DNA from: Vulcanimicrobiota bacterium
Lineage (GTDB): Bacteria > Vulcanimicrobiota > Vulcanimicrobiia > Vulcanimicrobiales > Vulcanimicrobiaceae
DNA length: 64,000 nucleotides
Reading direction: 5' to 3'
Assembly: GCA_963733295.1 (NCBI GenBank)
Contig: CAVTCS010000003.1
Coordinates: forward strand, 2,528,001-2,592,000
The position numbers were made by a program, and so were the translations under genes. Within the stretch, counting starts at the first letter, position 1, and the number at the start of each line of letters is the position of its first letter. The notes under the pieces were generated by a model. The model was not told the origin of the DNA. It worked only from the letters and a program-made list of their open reading frames with translations, and searched no databases. Positions 9,966 to 18,256 of the stretch are shown piece after piece.

Positions 9966-10156
9966 AGCGATCCGGGCTTGGTCGACGTGTTGGCCCGGTC
10001 GGCTGCACCAACAGCTTTCGTCGCTCGCCTTCGCCCCACGTATTCCTCGATTACATCGCGGCGCACGTGACCGAGTTCCTACAGAGTTCTCGACAATGAT
10101 GATCAAGTTGTGATCTCGAAGCGCGTCGCGAATGGCCGTTTGTTCGACCACCGTTC

Positions 10157-11269
10157 TTGTCGACGTTGCTTGAGTTGACCGCGGGCATTGCGGGCGTTGC
10201 CGTCGTGCTGACCATTTCGTCAGACCTTTTCCAAAGTGTTATCGTGCCCCGCCCGGCTTACACGTGGAGGGCTAGCGCCCAGCTCGTGCCGCGCGCGTGG
10301 CGGATCTTCGGCGTGATCGGTTTGCAGATCCGTGACTCCGAGCGGCGCGAAGCGCTTTATGGCGTTTTTGCACCGGCGATGCTGGTCATACTGCTCATTT
10401 TTTGGATTACGGGACTCGTCTTAGGGTTTGGCCTGATCTTTTATGCGCTGCGTGCCGGCCTCAAGCCCGAACCCACGACCTACTGGGCAGCCGTGTACTA
10501 TGCGGGAACGTCGATGTTGACGCTAGGCTACGGCGACATCGTTGCGCAGTCGGGTCTTGCGCGTGCGCTCTCCCTCATCGCAGCCGCGATCGGCCTCGCC
10601 ACGTTCGCGATCGTCACCGCGTTCTTGTTCGCGCTCTTTTCGGCCTTTCAGCGACGCGAGCAGTTCATCATCGCGATGCGCGAACGGACCGGAGCGCCAC
10701 CGTCGGGCGTCGATCTGCTCGAGCGGCTCGTCGAGTTGGAGATGCTCGACGAACTCCCGGTGCTGTTCCGACGTGCAGAGGAGTGGATCGCCGACTTGAT
10801 GGAGACCCATCTCGCCTATCCAATGCTCTCGTATTTTCGCTCGACGCACGACAACCAGTCCTGGGTCGGTGCGATCGGCGCGCTGCTCGACGCCTCGGCA
10901 CTCTTGATCACCACCGTAGACGCCGGCGCCGTTGGATCGTCGAAAATGCTGAGCCGACTCGCGCGCCATTTGGTGAATGATTTCGCAGTCTACTATCATT
11001 TCGAAGATGATATCGGTGCCGTTGGTATCGAGCAGGGCGAGTTCGTGAGCGCGCACGCGCGTCTGCAGGCGAAAGGACTCAAGATGCACGACGTGGACGA
11101 GGCCTGGGCCGCCTTTGCTGCACTGCGAGCTACGTATGCGCAGCCACTCAACGCGATGGCACTGTGGTGGCGGATTCCACCGGCGCTTTGGATCGGCGAT
11201 CGGTCTATCGTCACCCGCCATACGCAGATCGCACCGCACGAGGCCGCACCACAGCCACCGTTACGCTGA
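10157..11269 (+). CDS. Potassium channel family protein (Ion_trans_2)
   Basis: pore helix plus selectivity filter TLGYGD between TM helices; 'ETH.AYP.L.YFRS' C-terminal domain; TTG start. Confidence 0.85.
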   Translation: MSTLLELTAGIAGVAVVLTISSDLFQSVIVPRPAYTWRASAQLVPRAWRIFGVIGLQIRDSERREALYGVFAPAMLVILLIFWITGLVLGFGLIFYALRAGLKPEPTTYWAAVYYAGTSMLTLGYGDIVAQSGLARALSLIAAAIGLATFAIVTAFLFALFSAFQRREQFIIAMRERTGAPPSGVDLLERLVELEMLDELPVLFRRAEEWIADLMETHLAYPMLSYFRSTHDNQSWVGAIGALLDASALLITTVDAGAVGSSKMLSRLARHLVNDFAVYYHFEDDIGAVGIEQGEFVSAHARLQAKGLKMHDVDEAWAAFAALRATYAQPLNAMALWWRIPPALWIGDRSIVTRHTQIAPHEAAPQPPLR

Positions 11270-11330
11270 TCGAAGTGCACGACACAAATCGACGCACTTA
11301 TGCCCCAAAGTCAAGACTTTGACCCTGCAC

Positions 11331-11369
11331 TAAGCGGGCGGGTCATCGGTTCGAATCCGCTCGTCGGCT
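11331..11369 (+). other. 3' half of a tRNA (probably Thr), att-like remnant
   Basis: TAAGCGGGCGGGTC-ATCGG-TTCGAAT-CCGCT-CGTCGGCT: T-arm with one mismatch plus acceptor 3' strand; no 5' half upstream. Confidence 0.55.
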
Positions 11370-11785
11370 TATTCCAACTCCATGTGCAGCGCGCTTTCGG
11401 CGTCGCGCGCCTCCACGCAGTTCGGATAATCTCGGACGAGCCAGGACTCGGTGGCAACGGCGCGCACATGAGACTCATCGGTTTGAGCGAGAGCGTAGTC
11501 GCGCACGAGAACCAGCAAATCGCGCCTGATCCAGGGATCGCGCGGGTAGGCTCCCTCCCACGAGCGTATGGCGTCGGCCGCGGATGCCAGCGCTCCGTCC
11601 ACGATCGGCTGGGGGTCGTCACCGAGTTGCAAGTGTATGCCGGCGTCCCGCAACGTGTTGGCCACGCCGAGCACGCTCAACTGAAATCGGCCGAAATACT
11701 CGTCGGCCGGAGCCAGGTCGGACGGTTGGTAACGGTACTGTTGCGCCGCTGCCGGCGCGGAACAAATGAAAAAAACGGCCACCAT
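11369..11785 (-). CDS. Secreted hypothetical protein (LAPADEYFGR motif)
   Basis: signal peptide (..SAPAAA-QQ), helical body; no function recognised. Confidence 0.7.
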   Translation of the reverse strand: MVAVFFICSAPAAAQQYRYQPSDLAPADEYFGRFQLSVLGVANTLRDAGIHLQLGDDPQPIVDGALASAADAIRSWEGAYPRDPWIRRDLLVLVRDYALAQTDESHVRAVATESWLVRDYPNCVEARDAESALHMELE

Positions 11786-12139
11786 TATGCCTAAGCAGAA
11801 TCTCAAGACCTTCTCTCCTTATCGAGCGGAAAAACCGGTCGCCGGGGCGCGAACGCCTCGGTGGGATAGCCGAGATCGTAGCACCGTCAGCGCCGCCGAA
11901 ACCTTACGCGTCGATGAGTATTTGATGAGCGAGCATGCATCGCTGGGACGATCGCCATGACATCGGCTGGACGCACGAGCTTCTGCGCCGTATGCACGCG
12001 CGCGATTTACTTGACTCGCGTCTCTCCGCGTCTCTCAGGGAACTCTAACGTTCGCCTAATCTGCAATCGCGGATTTCCCAGCATAGTGAAGAGCAGACAG
12101 CCCGATACCTTCATTGCCCGGGTTAGGAAAGAGACGATT

Positions 12140-13321
12140 ATGCGTGCTTTCTTTGTACGATATTTCCCCCGCATCTTGGGCGCCGCACTGGCCGCCACAG
12201 CGCTTGCGTTGCCCGCAGTGTCACTCGCGCAATCGCAGGACGAGCAGATCCACGGAAAGATCCAGTCAATCGAGGGGACCTTCAATCTTTCGATCGCAGG
12301 CGACGACGGCTACCTCGACTCCGTTGCGGTGCAGCAAGACACGACGATCAATCCGACCGGCTTAGCGCTTGCGCCAGGCATGGAAGTGACGGTAACCGGC
12401 TACCCCTCAGGTTCAGTTTTTACCGCCGTTGAAATCGACGCGCCGTATAAGTATTCGGGCCCGCCACCGGTACCGGTTTACTATGGGCCCGGCGCGTGGT
12501 ATCCCGGCTACGCGTTCGGTTACGGCCCATCGTTTAGCATCGGAATCTCATTTGACGGAAGCGGCGCCTATTCGGCGCATCGTGAGCCTTGGACGGGTAG
12601 TTGGATAGCGAATTCCGCGCCGTCAACGTATCAGAACGGGAGCGTCAGCGGCGGCTACGGCCCTGATTCCGGCGACGGTTCCGGGGGTCCACCGCCCATG
12701 GGTTCAGGTCCAGCTCTTCCACCGCCCGCGGCGTCGAGTTCAGCGCCGCTCAACGCCCCAAGCCAGGCCCCTGTGCCGCTTGGCCCGACGGCAGGAGTTC
12801 CCGTCGGCGGCCTCGCCCCGAACGTCAGCGGAGCACCGGTGAGCCTATTCGTGCCGGGAGGGTCGCCGGTCAACGTGTACATCCAGGGTGCGTCGCCCGC
12901 CGGCGGTTATGCCGCTGCCGGAACAACTGCTTCCGGCAATGCGCCCGCAGCCGCATCCTCGTTGGACGATTTAGGCAACGATTTTCCGGGAGGCGCGCAG
13001 AGCTCCATATATCGACAAGCCCCAACCGGCCCGGGCGCGGGACCAAACGCCAGCGCGACCTACGCAGAGTCCGCTCCTGTGAGCGGTTACTTTGGACGCG
13101 GGGTCGCAGCGTACGGCCAAGCTCTCCGCCCAGACCGCGCAGCACCGATGGTGCTGCCGTCGTATGCCTATCTTCCCGGGACGTACCGCGCACCGCCGGC
13201 TGTATTGCCTCCATATGCCATTAGCCCGGATCGATATCGTGTCGCAACTCAAGCGCCGGGATACCTCGTTACGACGGTTGGAAGCGGTTATTATTCAGGT
13301 GCAACGGGTTATCAGCACTAG
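12140..13321 (+). CDS. Secreted Pro/Gly-rich protein with small N-terminal beta-barrel (DUF5666-like) domain
   Basis: signal peptide; 'IHGKIQSIEG.F.L....D.G..D.V....T.INPTGL.LAPGM.V.V.G' followed by a low-complexity tail. Confidence 0.7.
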   Translation: MRAFFVRYFPRILGAALAATALALPAVSLAQSQDEQIHGKIQSIEGTFNLSIAGDDGYLDSVAVQQDTTINPTGLALAPGMEVTVTGYPSGSVFTAVEIDAPYKYSGPPPVPVYYGPGAWYPGYAFGYGPSFSIGISFDGSGAYSAHREPWTGSWIANSAPSTYQNGSVSGGYGPDSGDGSGGPPPMGSGPALPPPAASSSAPLNAPSQAPVPLGPTAGVPVGGLAPNVSGAPVSLFVPGGSPVNVYIQGASPAGGYAAAGTTASGNAPAAASSLDDLGNDFPGGAQSSIYRQAPTGPGAGPNASATYAESAPVSGYFGRGVAAYGQALRPDRAAPMVLPSYAYLPGTYRAPPAVLPPYAISPDRYRVATQAPGYLVTTVGSGYYSGATGYQH

Positions 13322-13553
13322 ATTTCAGGCGCAAAAGCGGTTTAAAGCGCCGCGCTATCTTCACGGGGCCTGCCCCTGTGAGTGGTTTGTCCGAGAGTCG
13401 CTGGACAATGCGACGGCATCGTGGAGCTGATCTCGCTCCGACCTTGCTCGAGTTTGTCAGCCCTCGAAAGCTAGCCCGTGTGGCCAAATTGTGTGCAACC
13501 AACACCGCTAGCGGGGGAAAACCGCATGAAATCTAGCGTTTCAAAAGTACGGG

Positions 13554-13644
13554 CGGGAAAGTGTAGGAATCGAACCTACCAGCCCCCTTGCGGAGGCCTC
13601 AGCGGTTTTGAAGACCGAGCGAGACACCAGTCCCGTACTCTCCC
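13554..13644 (-). tRNA. selC: tRNA-Sec (anticodon UCA)
   Basis: 8-bp acceptor GGGAGAGT/ACTTTCCC, long D-stem, anticodon loop CTTCAAA, long variable arm with GCAA loop, T-arm GTAGG-TTCGATT-CCTAC, discriminator G; CCA not encoded. Confidence 0.95.
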
Positions 13645-13797
13645 ATAAGCGGACTAATGCCTTATGCGGTGAGGGATTCCGCTTCTTTTTCGAGATCGCG
13701 GTCGTCGTCGTTTTTCCCTTCCTGACGGCGACCCGGCAGAATCAGATTCCGAAGCACACCGTCGAGCCTCTGTGTGGCACATCGCCCAAAGCAGACG

Positions 13798-14280
13798 TTA
13801 CCACAGTGGAACGCGAGGCCATCGCGCGGCGAGCATGCGGTCGATGCCGGCAACGCGGCCCGCGGCTCCTAGACCTACAACCACGGCCAATATGAAGTAG
13901 GCCGCATCGTTACTCGACGGAGTCCAGAAGTTTGCGCCTTTGGCCAGCATGTAGTTGAGAACCAAGAACGCGGCAACCAACGCGCCAAGACGAGTCGTAA
14001 CACCAAAGAGCATCGCTACCGCAACGTAAAGCTCCCCTGCGACGATCAGGGACGCAAAAATCGCGGCGTTCGGTAGTACGACCGACTGCACAAAGGATTG
14101 ATACAACGGGAGCTCGTTCGGCTGCATGTGCGTTAAGAATCCGCCCATCCCGACCTGGAAGGGTGCCGGGCCATGAAGCTTCCCGGACACCGCCACGGAA
14201 AAGTTGACGCCGAGAAAGAGCCTGGGTAAGACGAGGATCGATCTCAGCATCGTCGACTCTGAGCTACTGGTAACTGCCAT
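13798..14280 (-). CDS. DoxX/DoxD-family membrane protein
   Basis: 4 TM; 'R.FLG..F......K', 'GEL.V...MLFG..TRLGA', 'AGR..GID'. Confidence 0.8.
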   Translation of the reverse strand: MAVTSSSESTMLRSILVLPRLFLGVNFSVAVSGKLHGPAPFQVGMGGFLTHMQPNELPLYQSFVQSVVLPNAAIFASLIVAGELYVAVAMLFGVTTRLGALVAAFLVLNYMLAKGANFWTPSSNDAAYFILAVVVGLGAAGRVAGIDRMLAARWPRVPLW

Positions 14281-14449
14281 AACGTCCTCAACTCGTGACC
14301 GGTACGTCCAGAACAAAATCGAGCGTACGACAGAGCGACGCGAAAAACCGCCGAGCAGCATCAATCCAGCCGAATCACCGCCTGCGCTCGCCGGCCCGCT
14401 CGGCCGCCGTCGACCCCAGTGGGTGATCGAGCGGCGGTGATCCGCCTCG

Positions 14450-16069
14450 TTAAACTCGAGCAGTCAAGGGTGCGATCGCGTCACGCACCGGATGCGTTGA
14501 ATTTTGGTGACCGGAGGCGGGTCGAGGGTGATGGTGCGAAGCTCGCCCGTCAAATCGCTCCGTACACCATTCAGCTAAGGCGGTAATTCTACTCGGGCCC
14601 GCTATCATGAGCACACCCTGTCGCGATCGTACGCGCTCGACGAACCCTCGCCCCGCCTGTTCTTCGTTATAGGCCACTGAGAACGGCGCGTAGGTAAGCG
14701 TGCCTAGTGCAAACAACCGCATTTCGCGCGTTCGCGGGTCGTTTGCGAGCGGTGCGAAGATGTGCTCGAGGGGAACGCCAACCCCCCAGTCGACGACCAC
14801 TTCACTCGGCCATCCGGCTACGTCGATTTGCGCGTCACGTATGCGCGTGCTCGAGTCGAGATATCCCAAACTCTCGCGACAGGTCAACAGGAGCGAGAGC
14901 ACGAGGATGCCCACAGCAGCGGCAGAGCGAGGCTTGTTGGACGTTTGTAAGGACACAAGACCGGTAAGACAGAGAACGTCGAGCGGGGGGATGTCCACGT
15001 GCACGATGGCACCGCGGCCCGAAAGGCCGATAAACGCCAACGCCGCGAGACAAACCAGCAACGCGGCCCCGAGCCGCAGAGTCGGGCGCAGTAAATACAG
15101 GCCAATCGCAGTTAGGGCGAGCGGTAACAAGGCCGGCGCGCGCAACGCCCATATCGAATCGATGGCTCCAGCGAGTCCTCCACCTACGAAGCGCAGCGGA
15201 CCCAAATCTCCGAGCATCGTTCGCAGGCTGCGCGGATCGGCAAGTTTCTGATCGGCGAAGAACCAAGATTCCATAAGATCAACGTCATTCGCTGAGTAAC
15301 CGTAACGGCGCAGAATCTCAGGATGCTTCCGCAGCTGTGCGCCGGCACCGAAATCAGTGAATGCTCGTCGCGGAAAATTCAGTTCCTCGTAGCGCTGCCA
15401 CTCGGGGCCGGCGTAATGGTGGTAATCAACAAATTCCGAGAGACCGACTGCTGCGACGAAAAGTATAGCCGCAAGTTGCAGCGTCTTGTCTGTGCGCAGC
15501 TGGCGGTAAGACAGCAGAGGCAAAGCAACCAAAGCCACGAGCAAGACCTCTTGACTTCGAATGATGTACCCGACGAACGCGCAGATCGTCGAGGCGATCA
15601 AGACAGCGTTGTTCTTCGAACGGGCGTAGACCCAAAGGCCAAGGATGGTCGCTATCGCCGCCAGGCCCGCATTTGTCGTGTATTGCGGAAGCATCGCGGC
15701 ATGCAGCGCGATCAGAATCGTCGCGAGGAGTGCGATATAGTGTCTGACCCCAAGCTGTTGAAGAAAGTACAGTATCAGCGCGCTCGAAAGGAGCAACACC
15801 AACAACGTGCCGATCGAGTACCCGAGCACTCCGTCGATGCTCGGCAAGGCGCGGACGACGTATCCCCACAGGACGCCCGAGAAGACAAGGTCGGGCGAAC
15901 CGAACGCGGCGAGGCCATAGCCGTGAGCGATCATCGACATCGCTGGATCGTCGTTGGTTGCCCAGCTTGGTTGGGCGAACGCGTAGAGCGCTGCGAGCAG
16001 CGCGGCGACGATACCGACGCAGACGAACAATGGCCACGGTTTCGGTGACCCAATGTTTTTCAGCGCCAA
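14450..16069 (-). CDS. Multi-pass membrane protein (possible GT-C-type glycosyltransferase)
   Basis: ~11 TM, N-terminal 'TNDD..M..IAHGYG' motif, periplasmic loops; probable +1 indel near 14548. Confidence 0.65.
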   Translation of the reverse strand: MALKNIGSPKPWPLFVCVGIVAALLAALYAFAQPSWATNDDPAMSMIAHGYGLAAFGSPDLVFSGVLWGYVVRALPSIDGVLGYSIGTLLVLLLSSALILYFLQQLGVRHYIALLATILIALHAAMLPQYTTNAGLAAIATILGLWVYARSKNNAVLIASTICAFVGYIIRSQEVLLVALVALPLLSYRQLRTDKTLQLAAILFVAAVGLSEFVDYHHYAGPEWQRYEELNFPRRAFTDFGAGAQLRKHPEILRRYGYSANDVDLMESWFFADQKLADPRSLRTMLGDLGPLRFVGGGLAGAIDSIWALRAPALLPLALTAIGLYLLRPTLRLGAALLVCLAALAFIGLSGRGAIVHVDIPPLDVLCLTGLVSLQTSNKPRSAAAVGILVLSLLLTCRESLGYLDSSTRIRDAQIDVAGWPSEVVVDWGVGVPLEHIFAPLANDPRTREMRLFALGTLTYAPFSVAYNEEQAGRGFVERVRSRQGVLMIAGPSRITALAEWCTERFDGRASHHHPRPASGHQNSTHPVRDAIAPLTARV

Positions 16070-16191
16070 GGAACTTAGCGTGCCGCGGATTTCACGTCAC
16101 CAAGCGTACGCGGCTCCCGGGGCTCGTCCTGCCGACGCGCCGCACCTGCGCTCGCCGAGGTTTGACTCCCTGGCACGCATAAGGTTTGCAA

Positions 16192-16659
16192 ATGCCATTG
16201 TATGTCGTCATCTGGATCGTGATGGCAGTCTTCCTGATCTGCGCAATCGTCTTGATCACGATCGCAAGGCGTCGCCCCCCGCCCCTTACGCCGATAGCGC
16301 TCGTCGATACGGAGCGGGTCGATCGTCAACTGCAGGTTCGGCCGCTGCCGGCCGGTGCGCGCGAGCCGTACCTGCAGGCCTGGCAGTCGCTACAAGGACG
16401 CTTCGCCGACGAGCCCGAGGCGACCATACGAGAATCGGATCGTCTCATTCAACGGGTCATGCGCGAGCGCGGATACCCGAGCGGCGACTTCGGGCCGGTA
16501 ACGGAAGAGCTTTCGCCCGAGGATGCGGCGATCATCGACAACTACCGCATCCTGCACCGCATCTCGGTAAAGAGCGAGACGGACTTCGTTCCCCCCGAAG
16601 ACGTGCAACGCGCGGTGGCCGCGCTTCGCGCCTTGTTCGACAGCCTGGTCGCAAGCTAG
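16192..16659 (+). CDS. Membrane-anchored hypothetical protein
   Basis: N-terminal TM; 'W...Q.RF.D.P...I.E.D.LI..VMRERGYP..DF' motif; TAAGGT -10 lies 6 nt upstream. Confidence 0.8.
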   Translation: MPLYVVIWIVMAVFLICAIVLITIARRRPPPLTPIALVDTERVDRQLQVRPLPAGAREPYLQAWQSLQGRFADEPEATIRESDRLIQRVMRERGYPSGDFGPVTEELSPEDAAIIDNYRILHRISVKSETDFVPPEDVQRAVAALRALFDSLVAS

Positions 16660-16743
16660 AGTCTTCGCATTCCCGCAGTCGAGCTCCGAGTACAAAGAGG
16701 ACCACCTCGCGGTAGTCCTCTCGTACGTTCGACGGTTTCGAAA

Positions 16744-17088
16744 CTAGGGCATGTGTGCCGGGGCGCCGGTCGGAGCCGGCGAGTGCACGGCGTTCATGCC
16801 GCCCATGTGGGCAGTCTTCGCCTGCACGCCGCCCATTTTCACCGCGGTCGAATGACACATCGGTTTCAGGTTTGGGTTGGCAGCCATCATCGACTTCGCC
16901 ATCGCCATGTTCTTCTGCGCCTGTTCCGTGGACGTCGATGCGGGGTAAATCGTGTACGTGTGCGTCTTCGTGTCGAACATTACCGGCTTATCGTTCGCCG
17001 AACACTTTGGCATGCTCTGTGCACCGGCGGTGCCTGCTTGCAACAAGACGACGGCCGCGAATGCAAATCCAGTCAGGAGCTTTTGCAT
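16744..17088 (-). CDS. Small secreted Met-rich protein with two Cys
   Basis: GGAG SD, signal peptide (..TAGA-Q), C..D.PV..DT.T..Y...MC. Confidence 0.75.
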   Translation of the reverse strand: MQKLLTGFAFAAVVLLQAGTAGAQSMPKCSANDKPVMFDTKTHTYTIYPASTSTEQAQKNMAMAKSMMAANPNLKPMCHSTAVKMGGVQAKTAHMGGMNAVHSPAPTGAPAHMP

Positions 17089-17200
17089 AGGTCTCTCCAC
17101 TCTTGAAAAATTGCGAAGCGGGTCGCCTCGCTAGAGGGCGCCCCAGATTGAGAGGTACCCTGTCCGGGAAGTTAATCCTACAGGATGCGAGCCCGGTTCA

Positions 17201-17698
17201 CTAGAGCATCTTCTCGAGGGCGATGACGTCCACGAATGCGCCGTCGAGCCGGCCGTGGTCGAGGAACGTGCCCACCAACCGGTATCCCATCTTGCTGTAG
17301 AGTGCGCGGCCGGCTTCGTTGGAGGCCAGCGCCGCGATGACGATCTTGTAGAACTCAGCGGCCTTGGCGACTCGCTCGATCCGTTCGAGCAGGATCGTGC
17401 CCACTCCCGAGCCGCGTGCGTCACGCGCGACGTAGACCGAAAGGTCGGCGACGCCGCGGTGGGCGGTGCGCTGCGTGTAACGATTGAGCGAAACCCAGCC
17501 CACGATCTTCTCGTCGCGCTCGGCTACGAGGACGGCGTACCGGCCGCCGTGATCGTTCCACCACTGCTCGAAGTCGGCGCCGCTTTTCAAATTCTCGTCG
17601 AGCGTCGCGACGCGGTCGGCGATGCCTTCGTTGTAGATCTGGCGGATCGTCTCCGCGTCTACGACCGTCGCTTCGCGAACCGAGGCAAGCGCAATCAT
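17201..17698 (-). CDS. GNAT N-acetyltransferase (ArsN1/phosphinothricin acetyltransferase-like)
   Basis: 'IYNEGIADRVATL', 'RGVADLSVYV...RG.GVG', 'N..G..LY.K.GY..VG....G.LDG..VDV..LEK'. Confidence 0.88.
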   Translation of the reverse strand: MIALASVREATVVDAETIRQIYNEGIADRVATLDENLKSGADFEQWWNDHGGRYAVLVAERDEKIVGWVSLNRYTQRTAHRGVADLSVYVARDARGSGVGTILLERIERVAKAAEFYKIVIAALASNEAGRALYSKMGYRLVGTFLDHGRLDGAFVDVIALEKML

Positions 17699-17752
17699 GC
17701 GTTCAGAGAGACGAGAGCGGTTGCGCTTCCGCAACCGCTCTCACTCGGTTCC

Positions 17753-18154
17753 TTACTTACTTGGCGCGCTTCGGCAGTAGCCGGCGACCTTCGTGCCGTT
17801 GGCTTTGGTGTACCCGTTGACGTAGGTCTTGCCGGGTGGGCAACTCGTTGAAGCCGTTGCGCTCTTCGTCGTCGAGGTGGCTGCCTTGGCCGTGGCGGCA
17901 GCAGCCGGTGCAGCAGCCTTCGCGGTCGACTGCGCAGCCGGTGCCGCCTTCGACGCAGCGGTTGCCGCCGCAGCGGGAGCAGCTTTCGAACCATGGCTCG
18001 AGCAGTAGCCGGAGACTTTCGTGCCGTCGGCCTTAGTGTAACCCTTCGTATAGGTTTCGCCGGCCGGACACTTGGTGGACGCTGCGAGTGTGGCCGAAGC
18101 GCCGACCGACATCGCGAAGGCGACCGCCAAGAGAGATCCGAGAAAACGATTCAT
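17753..18154 (-). CDS. Secreted protein with two 'CP.G.TY..GYTKA.GTKV.GYC' modules joined by an Ala-rich linker
   Basis: signal peptide; internal duplication visible in both DNA and protein. Confidence 0.8.
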   Translation of the reverse strand: MNRFLGSLLAVAFAMSVGASATLAASTKCPAGETYTKGYTKADGTKVSGYCSSHGSKAAPAAAATAASKAAPAAQSTAKAAAPAAAATAKAATSTTKSATASTSCPPGKTYVNGYTKANGTKVAGYCRSAPSK

Positions 18155-18256
18155 GAAGACGTTTCCCTTTCGCGGTAATGACGCCGCGCCGCGCGGGGAA
18201 GCCCCGGCGTCACGGTCTAACTCACGAATGCGCCCAGGGCGGCCGAGTTTCCTAGC

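Noticed and set aside
9966..10113. Possible regulator C-terminal fragment (VFLDYIAAHVTEFL)
   Set aside because: Too short, no start, no diagnostic motif.
13662..13790. Small ORF or selenopeptide (CFGI-TGA-FC) just upstream of selC
   Set aside because: The hairpin loop is only ~10 nt from the UGA (too close for a SECIS), the read-through frame runs into the tRNA, and three competing frames are all unsupported.
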